A DNA stretch of 31,987 bases, from the IMG/VR virus record IMGVR_UViG_3300045988_155672, positions 1-31,987 of that record; one strand, 5' to 3'. Positions within the stretch are counted from its first letter, which is position 1, and each line of letters starts with the position of its first letter. Source of the DNA: a virus. A program made the position numbers and the translations under genes. Below, piece after piece: positions 8,580 to 15,998 of the stretch. The notes under the pieces are model-generated. The model worked only from the letters and a program-made list of their open reading frames with translations, was not told the origin of the DNA and did no database searches.

Positions 8580-9620
8580 TTAATAGTTCTCAGTAGTCCA
8601 ACCTGAAGTAGGAAGTCCACTATTACCTACTGGAATTGTTAATTTAGCAGGTTTACGCATAACTCCCGTTGAAGCTACACCATATACCCAACCATTAAAT
8701 GTATAAGTATTCCACGTGGTTATGTTAGGGGTAGTTACTAAATTAAGAGAAGAGCAATTTTGATAACTATAATAGAATGCTTCAGTACCAACACTTGTAA
8801 CATTAGAGAAATCAGGTGCTGTTGTTAATTTTGTACAACCTTGTAAAAAATGAGCAAAACCATGATCACCAACACTTGTAACATTAGAGAAGTCAGGTGT
8901 AGTAGTTAAAGAAGAACAACCTTCAAGAACATGAGCAAATCCACTACTACCAACTGTTGTAACATTAGAGAAGTCAGGTATTTTTTCTAAAAGGGTACAA
9001 TTCTGAAAGAGTCCAAGAAATCCACCAGCGCCAACAGTTATTAAATTAGGGATACTAATGCGACTAAAAATTAATGAAGTACAACCATAGAAAGAATTAT
9101 AGAATGAATTTCTACCAACTTCTGTAACCCCTTTCATGGTAAAACTACAAGTAGCTATACTACCCCTATTTTTAAACCATTCATAAAAAGCGTAATCAGG
9201 GATTTTAGTAACTGAATTAACGTCTTGATGATTTATCAGTGTTCTAATATCTCCTACTATATTATTCGTAGTACCACTTATATAGAACGAAAAATGTACA
9301 CCATCTCTAAACCTAACATCTGTATTTACTCCCCTTAAGTAAATTATACCACCTGAGGGAATAGTTACAGTAGGTCTTTTACCCGTATCATACTTATTCC
9401 ATGTTTTCTTATCTAAGGAGTACTCGAGGTTAATTTCAGAGTTCATATAATCAGTTGCATAGAATCTACATGCGTCCAATCCATCATTAGAAATATTAAA
9501 ATAATAAGGTTCACTTGCTTTTTTCTCCCACAGCACCTTACCTGCACTATTCGTTATTTTAGTTACTGCTTTACTTCCCAATTTAACCTCAGTAACTTTT
9601 GAAAAATCTATACTACTCAT
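8580..9620 (-). CDS. BspA-type leucine-rich-repeat protein, receptor-binding candidate (paralogue 3, inverted orientation)
   Basis: Repeated (G)CxxLxxxPDFSNVTxVG units. The N-terminal NLEYSLDKKTWNKYD...IYLRGVN and GDIRTLINHQDVNSVTKIPDYAF segments and the C-terminal RKPAKLTIP...GWTTENY are shared with 29422..30405. Confidence 0.7.
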   Translation of the reverse strand: MSSIDFSKVTEVKLGSKAVTKITNSAGKVLWEKKASEPYYFNISNDGLDACRFYATDYMNSEINLEYSLDKKTWNKYDTGKRPTVTIPSGGIIYLRGVNTDVRFRDGVHFSFYISGTTNNIVGDIRTLINHQDVNSVTKIPDYAFYEWFKNRGSIATCSFTMKGVTEVGRNSFYNSFYGCTSLIFSRISIPNLITVGAGGFLGLFQNCTLLEKIPDFSNVTTVGSSGFAHVLEGCSSLTTTPDFSNVTSVGDHGFAHFLQGCTKLTTAPDFSNVTSVGTEAFYYSYQNCSSLNLVTTPNITTWNTYTFNGWVYGVASTGVMRKPAKLTIPVGNSGLPTSGWTTENY

Positions 9621-9645
9621 AAAAAAATTTTGTTTATTTTTAATT

Positions 9646-9670
9646 ATTCTATATATTTATAATATAGAAT
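9646..9670. promoter_or_regulatory. perfect 9-bp inverted repeat in a divergent intergenic region
   Basis: ATTCTATAT-ATTTATA-ATATAGAAT lies between the starts of 8580..9620(-) and 9695..10045(+). Confidence 0.3.
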
Positions 9671-9694
9671 AAACTTATAAAATAGTAAAAAAAT

Positions 9695-10045
9695 ATGAAG
9701 TCAAAAAATGAGATAATTGAAGAGTTGTACAGGACTAAGTTTGTAGATAATTATGTATTCAAAAAATTAGTTAATAAAAAAGACATACCATTAGAGGAAG
9801 CGACATCTGTTATATGGGAGATTATTTGTTCCATGAGTGAGGAGAAGTTACAGGAGTTATATAGCAAGGGTGAGATTAACGGTGTAAGGAAGTATGTTAG
9901 TGGGATAATATGCAGGCAATGCTGTAGTACTACTTCAACGTTATATCATCAAGAGATAACCAAAAATCCTCAAAAGATTAAAGAGAAGATGATGAATGAT
10001 GAGAGGGTAAGTTTTAGTGAAAGTGAGGGCTTGAAGATATGTTAA
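9695..10045 (+). CDS. sigma-factor region-2-like protein (N-terminal half of a split sigma-like factor)
   Basis: LEEATSVIWEIICSM ... GVRKYVSGIICRQ resembles the sigma-70/ECF region 2 pattern (AEDxxQExxxxxW ... WLxxIxxN). A paralogue is at 18206..18697. Confidence 0.4.
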   Translation: MKSKNEIIEELYRTKFVDNYVFKKLVNKKDIPLEEATSVIWEIICSMSEEKLQELYSKGEINGVRKYVSGIICRQCCSTTSTLYHQEITKNPQKIKEKMMNDERVSFSESEGLKIC

Positions 10046-10290
10046 AAGATGATTATGAGACATTGGATATTGAGTACAAGACCAACATTAAGGGTTCGCC
10101 TGCGATAGATGCGTTAAATAAGTTAAATGATGTGGACAGGAGTTTAATGATTAAATTTATCGAATGCAAGTCTCATTATACAAAATTAGCTAAGGAGATG
10201 GGTGTTGGTGTTGATTTAATAAAGGAGAAGATAAATCCTATAAGGGAAAAGTTTAAGGTATTATATGAGGAGGAATTAAGGAATGGTTAA
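10039..10290 (+). CDS. sigma-factor region-4-like HTH protein (C-terminal half)
   Basis: LNDVDRSLMIKFIECKSHYTKLAKEMGVGVDLIKEKINPIREKFK resembles the region 4 HTH. It overlaps the upstream ORF by ATGTTAA in the -1 frame. Confidence 0.4.
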   Translation: MLKDDYETLDIEYKTNIKGSPAIDALNKLNDVDRSLMIKFIECKSHYTKLAKEMGVGVDLIKEKINPIREKFKVLYEEELRNG

Positions 10291-10621
10291 TTTTTATTTA
10301 TTCATAGTAGTGGAAGCGTTTATATGCGTTGCCATAATTGATAAGACGGACATAGTTGATAGTGTAACAAAATTCATCAGTGGGTTATTAACGGGTGGTA
10401 AGATTAAAAGACCATTTAAGTTAAAACCGTTCACTTGTTCTTTATGTATGACGTTTTGGGTTGGTTTACTTGGTTTGCTTGGTTGGTACGATATTAACAT
10501 AATAAGGATTGGTTTTATTGTACTCATGTCATTAGCTACGTCTGTTCTTGGGGATTTGATTGATTTAACATTTAACATAATAAATAAACTAATAAGGAAG
10601 ATTTATGAGAGAATTAACTAA
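10283..10621 (+). CDS. small integral membrane protein
   Basis: Three hydrophobic segments. The KPFTCSLCMTFWVG motif is reminiscent of DUF1360-type membrane proteins. Confidence 0.45.
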   Translation: MVNFYLFIVVEAFICVAIIDKTDIVDSVTKFISGLLTGGKIKRPFKLKPFTCSLCMTFWVGLLGLLGWYDINIIRIGFIVLMSLATSVLGDLIDLTFNIINKLIRKIYERIN

Positions 10622-10892
10622 TGAAGAGTATGAGATATTAAAGAAGTATGACAGGCACTTTACCACAGCGATAGAGGGGCAGTATATATATAACATGTCC
10701 CCAAGTGAAGCAACCATATTATTCGATGTGTATAATAAAGTGTTTTGTAAATTTGAAAAGAATTTATATTGCATGAGTTGTAGGTTAAGGATTACGCAAT
10801 TATTAGGAAAACTTTATTTTGAGAGGAAGGAGGTAGAAGATAATGGCAGGAAGAAAGGTCGTAAGAAATCGAAAGTTAAAAAAGAAGCCTAA
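10605..10892 (+). CDS. hypothetical protein
   Basis: 95 aa ORF with overlapping starts and stops relative to its neighbours, and a basic C-terminal tail. Confidence 0.35.
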   Translation: MRELTNEEYEILKKYDRHFTTAIEGQYIYNMSPSEATILFDVYNKVFCKFEKNLYCMSCRLRITQLLGKLYFERKEVEDNGRKKGRKKSKVKKEA

Positions 10893-11238
10893 GAATTATG
10901 AGGAGATAATACAGAGGGGGATTGAGTTATATTCCAAGGGGTATTCCAATTCTTATGTACGTTCTCAGATATATAAGGAATTTAACTTTAAGTATTGCTA
11001 TTTTGATACGTTAAGAAAAGACATTGTTAAACAGATAGAAAAGGAGAGTGATGCTTTAGGTAGTGTTACAAGGGAGTTAAATTTAACAAGGCTTAATTCT
11101 TTATTGAATGATGCGATAGAGCAAGGGGATACTCAGATGTCGTTAAAGATTATCCAAGAGATAAACAAGATGACGAACCAATATGAGGACAAGACAGAGG
11201 TAAAGGTTGATAATACAATAACGTTTAAAATAAATTAA
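10843..11238 (+). CDS. putative small terminase subunit
   Basis: 131 aa with a basic N-terminus and a helical DNA-binding-like segment, immediately upstream of the large terminase. The call is positional. Confidence 0.4.
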   Translation: MAGRKVVRNRKLKKKPKNYEEIIQRGIELYSKGYSNSYVRSQIYKEFNFKYCYFDTLRKDIVKQIEKESDALGSVTRELNLTRLNSLLNDAIEQGDTQMSLKIIQEINKMTNQYEDKTEVKVDNTITFKIN

Positions 11239-11245
11239 AAAATCT

Positions 11246-12484
11246 ATGGGAGTAGTTGTAGAGGGACATAAGTTATATCCATGGCAGAGGGCTGTTATAG
11301 ATTGTTATGATAAGCACCCCAAGAACTCCATAATAGTTGTTAAATCAGCGAGACAGAGGGGCAAGACGGATATGTTGTTAAATCTTCTTATGAGGGAGAC
11401 AATCAATCATGAGAGGTTCAGAGCAATTATAATTTGTCCCTCTTTTCAAATATCGAGGAAACAATATAAGGAGGTTGCAGATAATTTAAATAAGATACCG
11501 AATTTAGTTAAATCAGCTAATGGTTCGCACTTGGAGATTGAATTATATAATAAGAGTATGATTAAATTCAAGTCAGCAGAATCTAAAAATAACCTAAGAG
11601 GTGAGACGGCTGAATTGTTAATATTCGATGAGGGGGCTTTTATTAGTTTGGAGACAGCCTTGGAGTGCTTTAACTACACCAATACAACCAATGGGAACAT
11701 TATCATAACATCAACGCCCACATTCAAGGACGAAGAAAATCTGTTTTATAAATATTATCACGCAGCGGAGTTAAACGAACCTAATGTTTATTTAATAGAT
11801 TTTTGCGAATATGATACCTCAGCCCTTATGCCCATTGAGAAGATGGAGATGTATAAGAAAACCTTACCACATAAGATTTACTGTAATGAGATATTGGGAG
11901 ATTTTTTAACGGAGAGCAGTACAGTATTCGGTGATTTTTCAAAAGTGTTAAGGAATGATGTGATTCCTGATAATAATAACGTAATGGGAATTGACTTTTC
12001 GAGTGGTACTAATAATGATGAGACAGCTATAACTTGTTTTAACAGTAAAAAAGGAATGTTTTATCTGAACCACTTCAATGACAAGGATACCCTACAAACG
12101 ATAGAAGTTATAATAAATGTCATTAAAGAATATAATATAAAAAAGTGTACAGTGGAGTTAAACAGTATGGGTAAAACGTACAGGGATTTATTGGCAAGAG
12201 AGATTAGTGTTCAAGGTCTTAAATGTCAGATATTAGATTTTAACACCACCAACAGTTCCAAGAGAGACATAATTGATAGCTTAAACTTAAATATACAAAA
12301 TAGAACGTGTACCTTATTAAATGAACAAACCTTAAAATTACAGATGGCTTCATTCGAGGTTAAAACAACTAAGACGGGTTTATTAACATACGGCAATAGC
12401 AGCGATAGAATACATGATGATATAGTGATGTCGATTGCTCTGGCGTTAAATAGTTTTAAGAGTGGTAGTTATGCGTTTAGATAA
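11246..12484 (+). CDS. terL: terminase large subunit
   Basis: Walker A-like VVKSARQRGKT, Walker B-like LLIFDEGAF, an ITSTP coupling motif, and C-terminal RNaseH-like nuclease acidic residues (GIDFS...DETAI...HDDIVMS). Confidence 0.9.
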   Translation: MGVVVEGHKLYPWQRAVIDCYDKHPKNSIIVVKSARQRGKTDMLLNLLMRETINHERFRAIIICPSFQISRKQYKEVADNLNKIPNLVKSANGSHLEIELYNKSMIKFKSAESKNNLRGETAELLIFDEGAFISLETALECFNYTNTTNGNIIITSTPTFKDEENLFYKYYHAAELNEPNVYLIDFCEYDTSALMPIEKMEMYKKTLPHKIYCNEILGDFLTESSTVFGDFSKVLRNDVIPDNNNVMGIDFSSGTNNDETAITCFNSKKGMFYLNHFNDKDTLQTIEVIINVIKEYNIKKCTVELNSMGKTYRDLLAREISVQGLKCQILDFNTTNSSKRDIIDSLNLNIQNRTCTLLNEQTLKLQMASFEVKTTKTGLLTYGNSSDRIHDDIVMSIALALNSFKSGSYAFR

Positions 12485-12513
12485 TAAAAATTATAAAATA
12501 CGTTACATAAAAT

Positions 12514-13044
12514 ATGAAATGGAATGATTTAACATTTGGTCAGTATTTAGAGATTGAGAGTATATGGGATAGTAAGGATAGTGAGTTATTAGATAAGACT
12601 GTTGCACTTCAATCCATAATCTTCAATATAGATGCAAGTAAGATTAGCATAAGTGAATTTAATGATAAGTTAAAAGAGATAGAGTTTTTGAAGCAACCCA
12701 TACCCATAGTTAAAGTTAAAAGGAGTTATGGTGATTATAGGGTGATCATGGATATACCTGAGATTACGATGGCTCAATATATGGATTTTGTTAATTTTAG
12801 GGAAACCAATGACAAGATAGGTATATTGAGTGTTTTTTTAATTCCAAAAGGCAAGGAGTACATGGAGGGATATAGTATCGATGAGGTTAAAGATTATATA
12901 ACTAATAAACTCTCCGTTGTTGATGCTTTAGCCATGTATGCTTTTTTTTTAAGATTTTTTCAGAGGTATATAAGGCTTTCCCTACGATTTACACGGAACA
13001 GGTTGAAGAAGATGTGGAAGAGGGAAAACAAGAAGAAGAAGTGA
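12514..13044 (+). CDS. hypothetical protein, zero-frame product of a candidate -1 frameshift pair (G/GT-like architecture)
   Basis: The sequence looks protein-like up to ...ALAMYAFF. After the T9 run it becomes an R/K-rich tail of low plausibility (LRFFQRYIRLSLRFTRNRLKKMWKRENKKKK). Confidence 0.5.
   Translation: MKWNDLTFGQYLEIESIWDSKDSELLDKTVALQSIIFNIDASKISISEFNDKLKEIEFLKQPIPIVKVKRSYGDYRVIMDIPEITMAQYMDFVNFRETNDKIGILSVFLIPKGKEYMEGYSIDEVKDYITNKLSVVDALAMYAFFLRFFQRYIRLSLRFTRNRLKKMWKRENKKKK
12942..12950 (+). other. T9 homopolymer; T_TTT_TTT is a slippery heptamer in the zero frame
   Basis: Zero-frame codons are GCT TTT TTT TTA. The -1 frame is open from 12924 to 13205. Confidence 0.5.
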
Positions 13045-13205
13045 ATACAACCTTTAACAGAATAGGAATGGTTTTAACACTTGCCAAGGAAACCAATAAC
13101 ACTTTTCAGACTATAATGAAGATGAGTTTGGTTGAATGTCTTTATATCTATGCTTACTTAGTTGACAGGAACGAAAAGGAATTGAAAAAGATAAAGAAAG
13201 TTTAA
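12948..13205 (+). CDS. -1 frame extension of 12514 ORF
   Basis: The -1 frame reads FKIFSEVYKAFPTIYTEQVEEDVEEGKQEEEVNTTFNRIGMVLTLAKETNNTFQTIMKMSLVECLYIYAYLVDRNEKELKKIKKV. There is no ATG start; the ORF track begins it at a GTG (13014). Confidence 0.45.
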   Translation, partial: FKIFSEVYKAFPTIYTEQVEEDVEEGKQEEEVNTTFNRIGMVLTLAKETNNTFQTIMKMSLVECLYIYAYLVDRNEKELKKIKKV

Positions 13206-13227
13206 CTATTTTTTAATAAAGTTTAGT

Positions 13228-13668
13228 ATGGTTTTAGAGGATTATAACATAAATCAAGAGAATTTTTATAACATTTTCTACCCTGTTTGGGAAAAGTTAA
13301 CATTTACACCTATTATAGTTGGGTTAATTGATGCTCAGAGTGGGGAAGATATTATTGATGCTAGTTCAGGTGTAGATACTATTGACTGCATGGGAGCGAT
13401 GATAAGTGATAATGAAGAGCAATTAACGTTAGTTCTCACATCAACAGAAACGTTTAAGAATTACAGAATAATAGTACAACCCAAGCAGAGTAACTTAAAT
13501 TATATTGAGTTTGATTTAAGGGTAAAGGATATTCCGAGTGGTAGATACAGGACAGCGTTGTATTATTATAATAATGTAGTTGGCATGAGTGAGATGAGGT
13601 TGGTAACTGTCTATCCTAATAGGTCTATATATAATAATGAAAAAGATATAAATATATATGAAGGATAA
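13228..13668 (+). CDS. hypothetical protein
   Basis: 146 aa ORF between the terminase and portal genes. No motif recognised. Confidence 0.4.
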   Translation: MVLEDYNINQENFYNIFYPVWEKLTFTPIIVGLIDAQSGEDIIDASSGVDTIDCMGAMISDNEEQLTLVLTSTETFKNYRIIVQPKQSNLNYIEFDLRVKDIPSGRYRTALYYYNNVVGMSEMRLVTVYPNRSIYNNEKDINIYEG

Positions 13669-14716
13669 GTTAAATTTTAGATGTTGTCAAGATACGGAGT
13701 TAACGGTTGAGATACCATTAGCTATTGAGAGTACTGTAACAGGTAAGGGTTATGTTAATTTTGGTGTAGATAATCTAATGCCTCAGGTTTACTATGATTG
13801 TTATAATGAGTGCAGCGTTTTACAATCGATTATTAACACTGTAACTGATTATGTTCTTGGAGATGGAATGGAGGGTGAGAATCCCATTGTTAACAGACAG
13901 GGAGATGATTTACATACGCTTTTAACTAAGGTGATTTTTGATTACATAATATTCGGGGCATTCAGTTTACAAGTCATTAGAAACGGGTTTAACAAAATTG
14001 CTGAATTAAATTATATAGATGTAAGGTTCGTTCGTTTAGATGAGACGGGTGAGCATGTTTATTATAGTAAGACGTGGAGTAAGTATTGCAGGGATATTAA
14101 AAAATACGATAGGTTCAATAGTAATAATCCTGTACCCAATTCTATCTTTTATTTTAAGAATTTTAAGAGTAGAGGGATTTATGGTACACCTATATGGGCT
14201 TCATCATTGAGAGAGGTTTTAACACTGATAGAAGCAAGTAAAATTAACTTCTCTTCCACATTAAATCATTTTGCTCCCACCACGCTTATTAACTTCTCTA
14301 ACGGTATCCCAAGCGAAGATGTACAAGATGAGATTGAAGCAAGAGTTATAGCTAAATTCACGGGTGCTGATGGTAATAATATTATGTTAAATTGGAGTGA
14401 TGATAAAGAACACGCTCCTGAGATAATGAACTTCGATTCAACCAACTATACAGATAAATATACAGCAGTTGTTGAGAGTTGTAAAAAAACAATCTTAGTA
14501 GCTTTTAGATGTAGTGGACAATTAGTGGGTTTGATTGAGGGTCAGACAGGGTTTAATGATGTGGAGTTTACTAATAGTTTTGTTTTATTTAAGCAGACAG
14601 TTATAAACCCATTACAAAAAGAGATTGAAAAAGCATTTAAGTTATTAGGGTTTAATTTTAACCTAATCCCTTTTGAAGTGAAGTTCGTAGATAATGGTAA
14701 TCAAATATTAAGTTAA
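13658..14716 (+). CDS. portal protein
   Basis: FGAFSLQVIRNGFNKIAELNYIDVRFVRL ... YGTPIWASSLREVLTLIEASKINFSSTLNHFAPTTLINFSNG ... KFTGADGNNIMLNW follows the pattern of PBSX/HK97-type portal proteins. Short for a portal at 352 aa. Confidence 0.7.
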   Translation: MKDKLNFRCCQDTELTVEIPLAIESTVTGKGYVNFGVDNLMPQVYYDCYNECSVLQSIINTVTDYVLGDGMEGENPIVNRQGDDLHTLLTKVIFDYIIFGAFSLQVIRNGFNKIAELNYIDVRFVRLDETGEHVYYSKTWSKYCRDIKKYDRFNSNNPVPNSIFYFKNFKSRGIYGTPIWASSLREVLTLIEASKINFSSTLNHFAPTTLINFSNGIPSEDVQDEIEARVIAKFTGADGNNIMLNWSDDKEHAPEIMNFDSTNYTDKYTAVVESCKKTILVAFRCSGQLVGLIEGQTGFNDVEFTNSFVLFKQTVINPLQKEIEKAFKLLGFNFNLIPFEVKFVDNGNQILS

Positions 14717-14723
14717 AATAATT

Positions 14724-15293
14724 ATGAATATAGATACACTTTTAATCAGTCCCGAGTACATAAGAAAATATTCCACAGTAAGCGATAATATGAATGATAA
14801 CAATATCGTCCCTTGTATCATAGACGCTCAACTAAGTGGATTACAACCTATTATCGGAACAGCTTTATATGATGAGTTATGTAAGGAGGTAACAGATGAT
14901 GATTTAACAGAATTAAATAAACTCCTCTTAGATAATTATATTGCTACATATCTATTATATCAAGTAATAGCTAATATGACGGTGGATAATTATCAGAAGC
15001 AACATAATGCAGGGAGTGTTAATTACGTTGATACCAATTATCAAAACATAGCTTTATCAGAGTTAAAATACATGAAGCAACATTGGGAAGACAAGGCAAG
15101 TTTTTATGCAAACAGATTAGATGATTTTCTACATGCCAATTCCCAAAACTATCCTAAATTTTATGAATGGAAGTGCGGAGAGATGAGACATAATGACAGC
15201 TCCAATGTTTATCATTCAGGAATAGGTTTAGGAAATATACCTACGTGTTACAATAATTTTATTAAAAGGAAGTATAAAAAATGGTATTATTAG
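14724..15293 (+). CDS. putative head-tail connector/adaptor protein
   Basis: 189 aa, directly after the portal gene. The call is based on position only. Confidence 0.3.
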   Translation: MNIDTLLISPEYIRKYSTVSDNMNDNNIVPCIIDAQLSGLQPIIGTALYDELCKEVTDDDLTELNKLLLDNYIATYLLYQVIANMTVDNYQKQHNAGSVNYVDTNYQNIALSELKYMKQHWEDKASFYANRLDDFLHANSQNYPKFYEWKCGEMRHNDSSNVYHSGIGLGNIPTCYNNFIKRKYKKWYY

Positions 15294-15682
15294 AAGTTAT
15301 AAAAGCAATTAAAGACACTTACTCCACTATTCCATTAGTTAACAGTGTTTATGACAACAGTAACCTCATCAATAGAAAAGATACTAAATATATTAACGTT
15401 TCTTTCGATTTGCAAGGTGTTAATGAATATGAAAATTATTCTATTTATAATTTTAACATCACAGCAAGCGAACTGATGAGTGATAAAGAAAATTTAACTA
15501 ACCAACACTATTCAACATTAGTAAACGTCATTAGAGAGGGGTTTGACCTATTACAATTAAATTATGATATAGATGTGGATTATCCCATCAACTATCAAAT
15601 GAACACCCTTAAATTCGCTGACGTTTTAGATATTGTTCAAGCTAATGTTAATATAATTACTGAAAATACGGAGGATTGCTAA
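15281..15682 (+). CDS. hypothetical virion-module protein
   Basis: 133 aa ORF that overlaps both neighbours. Confidence 0.3.
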   Translation: MVLLEVIKAIKDTYSTIPLVNSVYDNSNLINRKDTKYINVSFDLQGVNEYENYSIYNFNITASELMSDKENLTNQHYSTLVNVIREGFDLLQLNYDIDVDYPINYQMNTLKFADVLDIVQANVNIITENTEDC

Positions 15683-15945
15683 TGGTACAAAAGGATATTA
15701 AATTTTACATATTAGTGGGATTAGGTTTTACAATATCCCTCATAGGTCTTCTCTCCCCTCCAATAGGTATAGTAGATAACAGCGTTTTAGTGGTAACAGG
15801 TTTATTCCTAAGCGTTGCAGGTGGTCTTATTGGTGCTGTCATTCACTTAGACTTCAAAAACCTTTATTTTCATATAGGACCAATGCCAACCAAAATTAAA
15901 GAAGATAAGAAAAAATGCGTAAAAGATGAAGAGGATTCCAAGTAG
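15682..15945 (+). CDS. small two-TM membrane protein
   Basis: ATG 15682 overlaps the upstream stop (TAATG). Two hydrophobic helices (FYILVGLGFTISLIGLL, VVTGLFLSVAGGLIGAVI) and a charged C-terminal tail. Confidence 0.5.
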   Translation: MVQKDIKFYILVGLGFTISLIGLLSPPIGIVDNSVLVVTGLFLSVAGGLIGAVIHLDFKNLYFHIGPMPTKIKEDKKKCVKDEEDSK

Positions 15946-15962
15946 GAGTCCTTTTTTTTTTA
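15931..15962 (+). terminator. conserved hairpin terminator, copy 3 of 4 (overlaps the stop codon of 15682..15945)
   Basis: (G)AGGATTCC-AAGTA-GGAGTCCT followed by T10. The TAG stop lies in the loop. Confidence 0.75.
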
Positions 15963-15969
15963 TGTATAT

Positions 15970-15990
15970 AGCTAATTTATAATAAAATAA
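15970..15990 (+). promoter_or_regulatory. candidate late-type promoter element
   Basis: AGCTAATTTATAATAAAATAA, the same element as at 3432-3452. Related TAGCTA...TTTATA strings occur at 22404-22434 and 26229-26250. Confidence 0.35.
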
Positions 15991-15998
15991 GTAAAAAA

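Noticed and set aside
8580-9620. Invertible host-range switch (Gin/Cin-type shufflon) involving the inverted LRR paralogue
   Set aside because: No invertase or recombinase gene is present. The inverted 26-nt match is 20 kb from its partners, so inversion would flip most of the genome. It is more simply a dispersed paralogue.
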